Of a stretch of 64,000 nt of DNA, positions 1 through 10,685 are shown piece by piece (position 1 is the stretch's first letter; each line of letters starts with the position of its first letter). The notes beneath the pieces are model-generated. The model made no database searches. It was given only the letters and a program-made list of their open reading frames with translations, and had not been told where the DNA came from. The stretch is taken from contig OZ244905.1 of the NCBI GenBank assembly GCA_965221695.1, positions 1,024,001 through 1,088,000 of the forward strand. The letters run 5' to 3'. The stretch is from Gammaproteobacteria bacterium. Lineage in GTDB: Bacteria; Pseudomonadota; Gammaproteobacteria; Eutrophobiales; Eutrophobiaceae. Made by a program: the position numbers and the translations under genes.

Positions 1-69
1 CCGCGCAGATCATCGCGGCCTGGCAGGAGACTGAACGCTGACCAGGACACATTTTGAGAAAAACGGGCC

Positions 70-3000
70 ATGATACGCATCCTTCCCGGCCCTGCTGCCC
101 TGTCGCAATTCCGGCTTGACAAGAAGCTGGCGGAACTGTCCCGCATAGTGCCGCAGATCAATGCGCTACAAGCCCGGTTTGTGCATTTTCTGGAGCTAGA
201 CGCGCCGCTGGACCCGGCAGAAGAGGCGCGCCTCACCGAACTGTTGGCTTACGGCCTGCCGCCGGACACCGATGACGGCAACATCCCTGCTTTTATCGTC
301 ATTCCCAGACCGGGACTGATCTCGCCCTGGTCCAGCAAGGCCACGGACATCCTGCATCATTGCGGCCTGGCATCTGTCAAACGGGTCGAGCGCGGGATCT
401 GCTGGTTCGCGCACTACGCGCAAGGTTTCTCACCGGTACCGGAACAACTGCAACAGGTCACGCATTGCCTGCACGACCGGATGACCCAGGCGGTCATCAC
501 CAATATCAACGACGCCGCGTCCCTGTTTGCCGCACGCAAACCCGGCCTGCTGGCCACCGTCCCGATCAGCACGGACGGCAAAGCGTCATTGCTGGAAGCC
601 AACTCGGCAATGGGGCTGGCCTTGTCAGCAGCGGAGATCGATTACCTCCATGACGCGTTCCGCGGGTTGGCGCGCGACCCCACGGACGTGGAGCTGATGA
701 CCTTCGCCCAGGCAAACTCGGAGCATTGCCGCCACAAGATCTTCAATGCCCGCTGGGAGATAGACGGGAAGGCCAAGCAGAAGAGCCTGTTCGGGTTAAT
801 CAAGGACACCCATGCCGCGCACCCTGGCCGGGTACTCTCCGCGTATTCGGACAATGCCGCAGTCATGCGCGGCTCGCGCGCGGCGCGCTTCTACGCCGCG
901 CCCGCAGACCACAGGTACCGTTATGTTCAGGAAGATGTCCACATTCTGATGAAGGTGGAAACCCACAACCACCCCACCGCTATCGCGCCGTTTCCTGGCG
1001 CCGCCACCGGTTCCGGCGGCGAGATACGCGACGAAGCCGCGACCGGTAGCGGGGCGAAACCCCGGGCCGGTCTCACCGGCTTCACTGTCTCTAACCTGAA
1101 CATCCCTGACTTGCCACAACCCTGGGAACAGGGTGCGCACAAGCCGGATCACATTGCCTCGGCCCTGGACATCATGCTGGAAGGGCCTATTGGCGCGGCC
1201 TCGTACAACAACGAGTTCGGCCGCCCTGCCCTGACAGGCTATTTTCGGACGTTTGAACAACCCGGCGCCGACCCCGGCAGCACCAGGGGCTATCACAAAC
1301 CCATCATGCTGGCCGGCGGCTACGGTGTAATTCGGCCCGCACATGTAAACAAAAAACCGTTGCCGGACGGCTGCAAAATCGCGGTACTGGGCGGCCCGGC
1401 CATGCTCATAGGACTTGGCGGCGGCGCCGCGTCCTCGATGACCGCAGGGACCAGCAGCCAGGAGCTGGATTTTGCATCGGTACAACGTGACAACGCGGAA
1501 ATCCAGCGCCGTTGCCAGGAGGTCATCGATCAGTGCTGGGCATTGGGCGAGGATAACCCGATATTGTCCATCCACGATGTGGGCGCCGGCGGCCTGTCCA
1601 ACGCATTGCCGGAGCTGGTGCACCAGGGCGGCGCCGGCGCCGTGTTCGACCTGCGTGCGATCCACAGCGCCGACCAGGGCATGTCACCGATGGAGCTGTG
1701 GTGTAATGAAGCCCAGGAACGCTATGTGCTCGCCATCAGCGCGGCGGATACGCAATGCTTCGGCGTCATCTGCGAACGGGAACGGGCGCCCTATGCCGTC
1801 ATCGGCGAGACCAACAACAGCGGGCGGCTGGTTGTCACCGACAAGCTCAACGACGGCAAGCCCGTCGATGTGCCGCTCGACGTGATCCTCGGTAAAACGC
1901 CGGGGCTGTCTTTCAAGACACAAGCTTACGAGAGCGACGAACAACGCCGGAACAAGGCAGGTAAGCATTCTATCCCTGCGCCGACTCCCGACCCGGAGGG
2001 CACAGGTTTGCATTCAGCCTCCGTGCCAGCTCTCGACCCGGAGGGCACAGATTCGCATTCCGCCCCCGTACCGGCTCCCGACCCACAGAGCACAGGTTCG
2101 CATTCCATCCCCGTGCCGACTCCCGACCCGGAGGACATAGGTTCGCATTCCATCCCCGTGCTAACTTCCGACCCGGAGGGCACGGCTTTGCAACATGCCA
2201 CTGGAGCCGGCAACCTGATGATTACCCTGGACGAAGCCATAGCCCGGGTGCTGCAACTGCCGGCGGTGGCCGACAAACGCTTCCTGGTAACCATCGGCGA
2301 CCGCAGTGTCTCCGGCCTGGTGGTACGCGACCAGATGGTCGGCCCCTGGCAGACACCGGTGGCCGATTGCGCGATCACTGCCGCCACATTCGGCGCCCGT
2401 ACCGGCGAGGCCATGGCCTTGGGTGAACGCCCGTCAGTAGCCGTGGATAACGCGCCGGCATCCGGGCGGCTGGCCGTATCCGAGGCCCTGACCAACCTCT
2501 GCGCCAGCCGCATCCTGCGGTTGGAGGATGTGGCCTTGTCGGCAAATTGGATGGCGGACGCCGTTACTGCGGCAGAGCGGTCAGCGTTGTATGCGACCGT
2601 GGAAGCAGTCTCGGCGCTGGCGCAGCAGTTGCGCATCCCGATACCGGTAGGCAAGGATTCCATGTCCATGAGCGTGGCCTGGCAGGACCGCGGCCGGGAG
2701 AAACGGGTCAGCGCGCCGGTGTCGCTGAATATCACCGCGTTTGCCCCCGTAGCGGACACTGGCAAGACCCTCACGCCGCAGTTACGGCAGATGGAGGACT
2801 CCGTATTGCTGCTCATCGACCTGGGCATCGGAAAAAACCGCCTGGGTGGCTCGGCGCTGGCACAGGTGATGCAGCAAACCGGCCATGCCACACCGGACCT
2901 GGACGATCCGGCCTTGTTGGCAGCCTGTTTCAGCGGCGTGCAGTTACTGAATGAAACCGGTTATCTGCTCGCGTACCACGACCGTTCAGACGGCGGCGTG

Positions 3001-4218
3001 TTCGTGACCCTGTGTGAAATGGCGTTTGCCGGCCGTTGCGGCCTGGACATTGACGTGGAAGATGATGACCTGGCGGCCTTCCTGCTCAATGAAGAACCCG
3101 GAGTCGCACTGCAGGTGCGCGCGGAACACTTGCAGACAGTGCGGGAAACGCTGTTGCGGTCAGGTCTGCCCGAAGCCTGTCTAATCACGGTTGCGCACCC
3201 GAACGGGGAGAAAAAAATACGCATCAGCCAGAGGGGCGCACCGGTATACGCGGCCGGTCTCGACCAACTGCACCGGCTCTGGTCACTCACCAGTTACCAC
3301 ATGCAGACATTACGCGATAACCCAACCTGTGCCGCCGAAGAATTTGCCGCACTACAGGACATGACCGATCCGGGCCTGTCAATCATGTATCGCCACCCCG
3401 GACTCCAGGTTGAACCTGCCCCGGGGTCCAGCAAGCCGGGGTCAGGAATGCCGGCAGACAAGCCCGCCATCGGAATTCTGCGGGAACAGGGTGTCAACGG
3501 CCATGTGGAGATGGCGGCCGCTTTCGACCGGGCAGGTTTCGAGTGCATCGATATCAATATGAATGACCTGCTGAGCCGCTCTGCGTCACTGGCCAACCTG
3601 TCCGGCCTGGTGGCCTGTGGCGGTTTTTCCTACGGCGATGTCCTGGGCGCCGGCGGCGGCTGGGCCAAATCCATCCTTTACAACGATTATCTGAGGAACG
3701 AGTTCGAACGCTTCTTCAACCGTCCCGACAGCTTCGCCCTAGGCGTCTGCAACGGCTGCCAGATGCTATCCCGGCTGCGCGCCATCATCCCCGGCGCCGA
3801 CGGCTGGCCGGATTTCGGACGCAACCGCTCAGAACAGTTCGAATCCAGGGTGGTGATGGTCGAGATTACCGAGTCGCCCTCACTGTTTTTTCGCGGCATG
3901 GCCGGCTCAAGACTGCCCATCGTCGTGGCCCATGGAGAAGGCCAGGCACTGTTCAACAGCGCCGGGCAACCGCCCCTGGGCGCCATGCGCTTCGTGGACA
4001 ACCGGGGAACGGTGACGGAAACCTATCCGTACAACCCCAACGGCTCGGCACAGGGACTGACCGGGTTCACCAGCACGGACGGACGCTTTACCATCATGAT
4101 GCCGCACCCGGAACGGGTATTCCTGGCGCAACAAGTATCCTGGATCGAGCACGATCATCCCGGCGCAGATAGCCCCTGGATGCAAATGTTCCATAATGCC
4201 CGGCAATGGCTCGGCTAA
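70..4218 (+). CDS. purL: Phosphoribosylformylglycinamidine synthase (large single-chain PurL)
   Basis: 1382-aa ORF with PurL motifs QANSEHCRHKIFNA, KVETHNHPTAIAPFPGAATGSGGEIRDE, IHDVGAGGLSNA, HDRSDGG, and glutaminase motifs GGFSYGD, LGVCNGCQ, MMPHPER. Confidence 0.98.
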   Translation: MIRILPGPAALSQFRLDKKLAELSRIVPQINALQARFVHFLELDAPLDPAEEARLTELLAYGLPPDTDDGNIPAFIVIPRPGLISPWSSKATDILHHCGLASVKRVERGICWFAHYAQGFSPVPEQLQQVTHCLHDRMTQAVITNINDAASLFAARKPGLLATVPISTDGKASLLEANSAMGLALSAAEIDYLHDAFRGLARDPTDVELMTFAQANSEHCRHKIFNARWEIDGKAKQKSLFGLIKDTHAAHPGRVLSAYSDNAAVMRGSRAARFYAAPADHRYRYVQEDVHILMKVETHNHPTAIAPFPGAATGSGGEIRDEAATGSGAKPRAGLTGFTVSNLNIPDLPQPWEQGAHKPDHIASALDIMLEGPIGAASYNNEFGRPALTGYFRTFEQPGADPGSTRGYHKPIMLAGGYGVIRPAHVNKKPLPDGCKIAVLGGPAMLIGLGGGAASSMTAGTSSQELDFASVQRDNAEIQRRCQEVIDQCWALGEDNPILSIHDVGAGGLSNALPELVHQGGAGAVFDLRAIHSADQGMSPMELWCNEAQERYVLAISAADTQCFGVICERERAPYAVIGETNNSGRLVVTDKLNDGKPVDVPLDVILGKTPGLSFKTQAYESDEQRRNKAGKHSIPAPTPDPEGTGLHSASVPALDPEGTDSHSAPVPAPDPQSTGSHSIPVPTPDPEDIGSHSIPVLTSDPEGTALQHATGAGNLMITLDEAIARVLQLPAVADKRFLVTIGDRSVSGLVVRDQMVGPWQTPVADCAITAATFGARTGEAMALGERPSVAVDNAPASGRLAVSEALTNLCASRILRLEDVALSANWMADAVTAAERSALYATVEAVSALAQQLRIPIPVGKDSMSMSVAWQDRGREKRVSAPVSLNITAFAPVADTGKTLTPQLRQMEDSVLLLIDLGIGKNRLGGSALAQVMQQTGHATPDLDDPALLAACFSGVQLLNETGYLLAYHDRSDGGVFVTLCEMAFAGRCGLDIDVEDDDLAAFLLNEEPGVALQVRAEHLQTVRETLLRSGLPEACLITVAHPNGEKKIRISQRGAPVYAAGLDQLHRLWSLTSYHMQTLRDNPTCAAEEFAALQDMTDPGLSIMYRHPGLQVEPAPGSSKPGSGMPADKPAIGILREQGVNGHVEMAAAFDRAGFECIDINMNDLLSRSASLANLSGLVACGGFSYGDVLGAGGGWAKSILYNDYLRNEFERFFNRPDSFALGVCNGCQMLSRLRAIIPGADGWPDFGRNRSEQFESRVVMVEITESPSLFFRGMAGSRLPIVVAHGEGQALFNSAGQPPLGAMRFVDNRGTVTETYPYNPNGSAQGLTGFTSTDGRFTIMMPHPERVFLAQQVSWIEHDHPGADSPWMQMFHNARQWLG
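1966..2190 (+). repeat. Five degenerate 45-bp in-frame tandem repeats inside purL (15-aa unit, approx. HSIPVPTPDPEGTGS)
   Basis: CATTC unit starts at 1966, 2011, 2056, 2101 and 2146; translated units HSIPAPTPDPEGTGL / HSASVPALDPEGTDS / HSAPVPAPDPQSTGS / HSIPVPTPDPEDIGS / HSIPVLTSDPEGTAL. Confidence 0.95.
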
Positions 4219-4292
4219 CCCGTGTATACTCACACATGAACTCTAATTCGTATCCGTTGTCCATACATTGAATACTGCACGAGATAACACCT

Positions 4293-5240
<948 letters not shown>

Positions 5241-5258
5241 CGCGGATTCCTTACCGGA

Positions 5259-5858
5259 ATGAACTCTCCCTGGTCAAAGCCGGCGCTGTTCCTGCTCTGC
5301 ATGCTGCCGTTCTGCGCGCTGGTGTATAACGGTTTTACCGATAACCTGACCGCGAACCCGATCAAGGAGATCACCCATTTCACCGGGGAATGGGCGCTGC
5401 GCTTCCTGCTCATTACATTGTCGATCACCCCGCTGCGAAAAATCACCCGCAAGAACGCGCTGATCCGATTCCGCAGGATGCTCGGCCTGTTCGCGTTTTT
5501 CTACGCCTGCCTGCACTTCTCCACCTACCTGGTACTGGACCAGTTCTTCGACTGGAACGAGATCATCCTGGACGTGGCGAAACGGCCTTATATCACCGTC
5601 GGTTTCAGCGCTTTTGTGCTGCTCATCCCGCTGGCGCTGACGTCCACGAACAAAATGGCGCAACGGCTGGGAAACAACTGGCGGCGGCTGCATTCCCTAA
5701 TCTATCCGATTGCGATCCTGGTCATCCTCCATTACCTGTGGCTGGTCAAGGCGGATATCCTGCCGCCACTCATCTACGGCCTCATCCTGTGCCTGCTGCT
5801 GGTCCTGCGGTGGCCGGGTCTCAAACTGGGGAATAAGCCGGCGTTGCGGCACACATAA
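5259..5858 (+). CDS. msrQ: Heme-binding membrane subunit MsrQ (YedZ)
   Basis: Hydrophobic 199-aa protein with HFTGEWAL, RRMLGLFAFFYACLH, KRPYITVG, WRRLH; lies directly downstream of msrP. Confidence 0.96.
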   Translation: MNSPWSKPALFLLCMLPFCALVYNGFTDNLTANPIKEITHFTGEWALRFLLITLSITPLRKITRKNALIRFRRMLGLFAFFYACLHFSTYLVLDQFFDWNEIILDVAKRPYITVGFSAFVLLIPLALTSTNKMAQRLGNNWRRLHSLIYPIAILVILHYLWLVKADILPPLIYGLILCLLLVLRWPGLKLGNKPALRHT

Positions 5859-5868
5859 TGGGATTGGG

Positions 5869-6423
5869 ATGATGAGGGGGAAAAAACCGGTATACGAACG
5901 CGATGAAACCGACCTGTTCCGGCGCTCGGTCGGCGAGGTCACGCCGGTCAGACAGGACAAAGTTCATCCACAAGCAAAAAAACCGGCGCCGATCGCGACC
6001 CAAAGGCTCGCCGATGAGGCCGCAGTCATCAAGGAAATGGCCGAAGGCTTTTTCGACACCGAAGCGATGGAAACCGGGGATGAACTGTTGTACAAAAAGC
6101 AAGGTATCCAGGACAAGGTGTTCAGGAAGCTGCGCCGGGGCCAATTTGCCATCAGCGCGGAACTGGACCTGCATGGATACACCGTACAACATGCGAAGGA
6201 CTGCCTGTCAGAGTTTCTCAAGCAATGCATTATCCGCAACCAACGCTGCGTGCGCATCATCCACGGCAAAGGCCTGCGCTCAAGACAAGGCAGACCGACC
6301 ATCAAGAGCCGCATCGGCAAATGGCTGCAACAGCGACAGGAAGTGCTTGCCTACTGCTCCGCCCGCCAGGTAGACGGCGGAACCGGCGCCATCTACGTGC
6401 TGCTGAAGAATTCCCAAAGATAG
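5869..6423 (+). CDS. Smr/MutS2-family endonuclease (SmrA-like)
   Basis: LFRRSVGEVTPV N-terminus, LRRGQFAISAELDLHG, IIHGKG, DGGTGA. Start placed at ATG 5869 (or 5872), just after the msrQ stop, rather than at 5710. Confidence 0.9.
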   Translation: MMRGKKPVYERDETDLFRRSVGEVTPVRQDKVHPQAKKPAPIATQRLADEAAVIKEMAEGFFDTEAMETGDELLYKKQGIQDKVFRKLRRGQFAISAELDLHGYTVQHAKDCLSEFLKQCIIRNQRCVRIIHGKGLRSRQGRPTIKSRIGKWLQQRQEVLAYCSARQVDGGTGAIYVLLKNSQR

Positions 6424-6604
6424 TCAAATCATCCGGTGCACCTTGAGCCAATCACGCAAGGCATAATTAAAATAAATTATCAAGGTTTTTATCTCCATTT
6501 TTATCTCCTTTATTCCAAACGTGATAAACTGGCAGCAACAGTCGCGGACAATTGATTTTCAGCAGCCTGTTCCGTGGGAAGTTTCACCGTATTGAGAAAG
6601 CGTT

Positions 6605-8722
6605 ATGGGCAAACAGAACGAAACCGGTAACACAGTACGCACTATTTGCCGTTCCTGCGGTCACGGTGGTTGCGGTGTCTATGCCGTTGTCGATGAAGGC
6701 AGGGTCACAAAGTTCCTGCCGGACAAGGAGCATCCGGTCAGCAAGGGCTATACCTGCAAGAAAGCCCATGGTTTCCTGGACCTGCAATACCATCCTGATC
6801 GCCTGTTATACCCGAAGAAGCGGGTCGGCGCCCGCGGCGAGGGCAAGTGGGAGCGTATCTCCTGGGACGAGGCGCTGACCATGCTGGCCGACAGGATGAA
6901 CCGGTTCAAGGCGGAATCCGGCGCCGAATCCGTGGTTCTAGGGCATGGCACGGGTCGGGACTTTCACCGCTTTGTCTACCGCGTCGCCAATCTCTTCGGC
7001 ACCCCGAATGTGCTCACGCCCGGACACATGTGCTACCTGCCGCGCATCGCAATCTCCAAGCTCATGGGCATGGAGATACCGATGGTGGATTACGACAACC
7101 GGCCCAAGTGCGTGATTTCCTGGGGGGCGAACCACCTCGTTTCCAATGCCGATGAAAACAAGGGCATCAACCTGGCACATACGCTGACAGGTGGCGCCAG
7201 ACATATCATCATCGATCCGCGCCGGACAAAACTCGTGGATCGTGCGGATCTCTGGCTGCAACTGCGTCCGGCAACGGACTCTGCGCTGGCCATGGGCATG
7301 ATGAAAGTCATCATCGACGAGGACCTCTACGATAAGGAGTTCGTGGAAAAATACACCACCGGCTTCGACAAGCTCGTTGAACGCTTGCAGCAATTCCCGC
7401 TGGACCGGGTGGAAAAGATCACCTGGGTGCCAAAGGAAAAGATCGCCGAAGCTGCGCGCATCTACGCCACCACCAAGCCCGCGGCGCTGCAATGGGGCGT
7501 GGGTGTGGAACAGAACATCAATTGCGTGGATGCGGATCGAGCGCTCATCTACCTGGTAGCGCTGACCGGCAACCTGGATGTGCCGGGGGGCAACGTGATT
7601 TTCGGATTACCTCCGGGGTTGACGCGGGCCGAGTTCTCCCTGTTTCACAAGCTGCCGCCCGAACAGAAGGCCAAGCTGCTGGGTGGGGACAAATACAAGC
7701 TTGGCGCCAGTATCAACCGCATTACCCCGCATGTAGTCTGGGACGCGATTGAACATGCGGATCCCTACCAGGTCAGGGCGCTGGTGGTGTTTGCCAGTAA
7801 CCAGCTTAATGCCCGTGAAAATTCCCGGCGTGTCTACGATATTCTGAAGAACAAGCTCGAATTCTTTGCCGCCTGCGATGTGTTTCCTACCCCAACGACG
7901 GAACTCGCCGACCTGGTGTTGCCGGCGGCAACCTGGCTTGAAAATGACAATATCGCCGATTACTGGAAGGTGCACGGCTATGTTTTCCCGCGCAACATGG
8001 CGGTGGAACCGGAAGGGGAAGCCCGCTCCGACCATATGATCCTCAATGAGCTGGGAAAGAAACTCGGCTTCCAAGAGTACTTCTGGGAGGACTACTACGG
8101 TTCCCTGGACCATATCCTTGAACCCATCGGACTGGACTGGGAGCGATTCAAGGACATGCCGTACCTGCAAACAGAACCGAAATTCCGCAAGTATGAGACA
8201 GAGGGATTCAAGTCAAAATCGGGCAAGCTCGACTTTTACCTGGAACAATACGAACAGTGGGGATACGACCCGCTGCCCGGTTATATCGAGCCGCCCGAAA
8301 GTCCCGAACGGGAACCGGAGTTTGTCGAGAAATATCCGCTGGTGCTGATTACCGGCGCCCGCATCTTCAATTTCTTTGGTTCGGAACACCGGCAATCTGA
8401 ATACCTGAGAAAATCGCATCCGGACCCGCTGGTGGAGATACACCCCGACACAGCCAGGGAACGCGGCATTGAAGACGGCGACTGGGTAACCATCGAGTCA
8501 CCCCGGGGCAAGGTACGCTTTCGCGCCAGGCTCACCGAAGGCATCGATCCGCGCGTGGTAAGCGCAGAATTCGGTTGGTGGTTTCCGGAAAAAGACAGGA
8601 CGAACGGCGAAGAACAACTCAGCGCCAATATCAATGTCCTCACCAACGACGCCGGCCCCCTGGACCCGGGCATGGGCGCCACCAACCTGAAAGGCCTGAT
8701 GTGCAACATAACTGCCCACTGA
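6605..8722 (+). CDS. Molybdopterin (bis-MGD) oxidoreductase, acetylene-hydratase-like subfamily, cytoplasmic
   Basis: N-terminal 4Fe-4S motif CRSCGHGGC...TCKK, HPDRLLYP, RGEGKWERISWDEAL, candidate metal-ligand Cys in GHMCY, IDPRRT, ADLVLPAATWLE, C-terminal YPLVLITG and VEIHPDTA. No Tat signal visible. Confidence 0.85.
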   Translation: MGKQNETGNTVRTICRSCGHGGCGVYAVVDEGRVTKFLPDKEHPVSKGYTCKKAHGFLDLQYHPDRLLYPKKRVGARGEGKWERISWDEALTMLADRMNRFKAESGAESVVLGHGTGRDFHRFVYRVANLFGTPNVLTPGHMCYLPRIAISKLMGMEIPMVDYDNRPKCVISWGANHLVSNADENKGINLAHTLTGGARHIIIDPRRTKLVDRADLWLQLRPATDSALAMGMMKVIIDEDLYDKEFVEKYTTGFDKLVERLQQFPLDRVEKITWVPKEKIAEAARIYATTKPAALQWGVGVEQNINCVDADRALIYLVALTGNLDVPGGNVIFGLPPGLTRAEFSLFHKLPPEQKAKLLGGDKYKLGASINRITPHVVWDAIEHADPYQVRALVVFASNQLNARENSRRVYDILKNKLEFFAACDVFPTPTTELADLVLPAATWLENDNIADYWKVHGYVFPRNMAVEPEGEARSDHMILNELGKKLGFQEYFWEDYYGSLDHILEPIGLDWERFKDMPYLQTEPKFRKYETEGFKSKSGKLDFYLEQYEQWGYDPLPGYIEPPESPEREPEFVEKYPLVLITGARIFNFFGSEHRQSEYLRKSHPDPLVEIHPDTARERGIEDGDWVTIESPRGKVRFRARLTEGIDPRVVSAEFGWWFPEKDRTNGEEQLSANINVLTNDAGPLDPGMGATNLKGLMCNITAH

Positions 8723-8743
8723 CTTTTACTTTAGCCGTGTGAA

Positions 8744-10000
8744 ATGAAAGTCCTGATCACCGGTGGCGGTGTGGGTGGCCTGACAGCAGCGCTCAGCCTG
8801 CAACGGGTGGGCATGGACGTGAAGGTATTTGAGAGTGTCAGGGAAATCGCGCCGCTGGGTGTGGGCATCAATATTCTGCCCCACGCGAGCCGGGAATTGC
8901 TCGCACTGGGCCTGCAGGACGAACTCGACCATTTTGCTATACGCACCCGCGCGATGAGTTATTTCACCCGACGCGGCAAGGCAGTTATCAGCTATCCCTG
9001 CGGCGAATATGCCGGTTATCACTGGCCGCAGTACTCATTACACCGCGGTGAATTCCAGATGATGTTGCTGCGCGTGCTGAGATCCCGCGCAGGAGACGGC
9101 AGTGTGATGACCGGCCATCGCCTGGTCGATTTCGATCAGGATGGCGCAGGTGTTGTCGCACGCTTTGCCGGCCCCGGCTCCGATGATGTGATTCACGAGG
9201 AAAAAGGCGACATGCTGATCGGCGCTGACGGGCTGCATTCTACGGTGCGCAAGCAGCTTTACCCAGGAGAGGGTTCGCCGGTATTCTGCGGAATGATCTG
9301 CTTTCGGGGCGCGCTGGAAGGCGCGCCGTACCTCGATGGTCAAACCATGGTCGTCTGCGGTGATCAGCGTCAGACACTCGTCTCCTACCCGCTTTCAGCG
9401 CAATTACGCAAACAGGGCAAAAGCCTGAACAACTGGATCGCCGCGATTGCATTTGAGACCGACGAACCGCAGGAAGAAGACTGGAACAAGCAAACCACTG
9501 CGGACAACCTGCTGCAACTATACCGGGAGTGGGACTTCGACTGGCTGAATATCCCCGAACTCATCGCATCAACGGAGCAGATTTTTGAATTTCCGGTTTA
9601 CGACCGTGATCCCCTCGAACAGTGGACATTCGGCCGAGTCACCTTGCTGGGTGACGCCGCGCATCCGCTGATCCCGGTGAGCTCCAGTGGCGCGGTGCAT
9701 GCCATCATCGACGGGCGGGCGCTGGCCTATGCGATTGCCGGACACGACGATGCTGAGCAAGGACTGAAAGCCTACGAAGCCGACCGCCTGCCAAAAGCAA
9801 ACAGGGTGGTTCTGGCCAGCCGGCAGAACGGTCCCGACGAGGTCCTGGAAATCGTCCGACGAGAGTGCCCCGAGGATGCAGAGAATGTCCATGACTATGT
9901 AGAAAAAGCGCGTTTACAAGCAGTAATCGACGCATTCAAGCAGCGAACCGGTTTTGCAGTCGACACGCTCAACAACCAGCCGTCTTATAATCCCAGATAG
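8744..10000 (+). CDS. FAD-dependent monooxygenase (class A flavoprotein hydroxylase)
   Basis: GGGVGG Rossmann motif, LIGADGLHS (DG motif), LLGDAAHP (GD motif); starts 21 bp after the Mo-enzyme stop. Confidence 0.9.
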   Translation: MKVLITGGGVGGLTAALSLQRVGMDVKVFESVREIAPLGVGINILPHASRELLALGLQDELDHFAIRTRAMSYFTRRGKAVISYPCGEYAGYHWPQYSLHRGEFQMMLLRVLRSRAGDGSVMTGHRLVDFDQDGAGVVARFAGPGSDDVIHEEKGDMLIGADGLHSTVRKQLYPGEGSPVFCGMICFRGALEGAPYLDGQTMVVCGDQRQTLVSYPLSAQLRKQGKSLNNWIAAIAFETDEPQEEDWNKQTTADNLLQLYREWDFDWLNIPELIASTEQIFEFPVYDRDPLEQWTFGRVTLLGDAAHPLIPVSSSGAVHAIIDGRALAYAIAGHDDAEQGLKAYEADRLPKANRVVLASRQNGPDEVLEIVRRECPEDAENVHDYVEKARLQAVIDAFKQRTGFAVDTLNNQPSYNPR

Positions 10001-10075
10001 CTGTCTACTAGGTGAAATGAAAACTTCTATTGAAGATTATCTTGGCGCTCGATACAGATTGTGTCTTTGTTCTGT

Positions 10076-10348
10076 TCACTCATCGAACAGGTCGGTGTGT
10101 CTGCCCGTTCGTTCAAAACGTACTTCGTTGCCGTCAATCTTGTATATCAGCAACCAATCCGACTCGATGTGAGCATCCCGGAAGCTGCGCCACGGCCCCT
10201 TAAGCGGATGGTCTTTGTAATGCGGGGGCAAGAGCTTTTCATCGATCAACAGACGCATTAACTCTTTGATCTTCTCAGTGTCCTTGCCACGTTTTCAGAC
10301 TACTTTCAGGTCGCGTTTAAACTGGCCAGAATAGACCGGGGTGCGCAT
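10076..10348 (-). pseudogene. yafQ: YafQ-family mRNA interferase toxin interrupted by an in-frame TGA at codon 18
   Basis: From ATG 10348 (TGATG overlap with the dinJ stop) the frame reads MRTPVYSGQFKRDLKVV*KRGKDTEKIKELMRLLID...KDHPLKG...DAHIESDWLLIY...RTGRHTDLF; the stop is at 10297-10295. Confidence 0.88.
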
Positions 10349-10608
10349 CAAATACCCAAGTCTTGAAACAGGGCTTCGGCGTCTTCAGCACGATGTAGTT
10401 CCTCGCCGCGCTCGCTCTTGGCAAGGGTTTCGGCGGTTAGATGGTTGGGCGCTCGCATTTCAAACGGCAAGCCTTGTTCGCTCACTACCTTGGTCAATCC
10501 AATACGAACGAAATCGGACACGGTAAGACCCATAGTCGCCAATATCGCGACGGCCTCCTTTTTCAAGCGCTCATCAACTCGAGCGCGTACAACCTCAGTT
10601 GCTGCCAT
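10348..10608 (-). CDS. dinJ: RelB/DinJ-family antitoxin
   Basis: VVRARVDERLKKEA..LATMGLTVSD...GLPFE..PN..T pattern; AGGAG SD upstream; translationally coupled to yafQ. Confidence 0.92.
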   Translation of the reverse strand: MAATEVVRARVDERLKKEAVAILATMGLTVSDFVRIGLTKVVSEQGLPFEMRAPNHLTAETLAKSERGEELHRAEDAEALFQDLGI

Positions 10609-10638
10609 GTATCATTCTCCTGTTTAGTTGCTTTATTC

Positions 10639-10670
10639 TGATAATGTAGCCCAAATGAGCTATATTATCA
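10639..10670. promoter_or_regulatory. Imperfect palindrome upstream of dinJ, probable autorepression operator
   Basis: TGATAATGTAGCCCA-AA-TGAGCTATATTATCA, 13 of 15 arm positions complementary, 30 bp upstream of the dinJ start. Confidence 0.65.
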
Positions 10671-10685
10671 AGCTGCTTCCCTTCT

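Noticed and set aside
3395-3465. Pro/Gly-rich stretch with a weak hairpin in purL before the glutaminase domain
   Set aside because: It is a short, naturally variable linker; the pairing is weak and does not match repeat family A or B.
5710-5868. Long N-terminal extensions in the ORF track (Smr from 5710, GNAT from 12631, AAA from 58880)
   Set aside because: They overlap the upstream gene or operator and lack family similarity; downstream starts fit better.
10295-10297. In-frame TGA in yafQ as selenocysteine or an alternative genetic code
   Set aside because: The position is not a Cys site in YafQ, and TGA serves as a normal stop in msrP, dinJ and other genes here.
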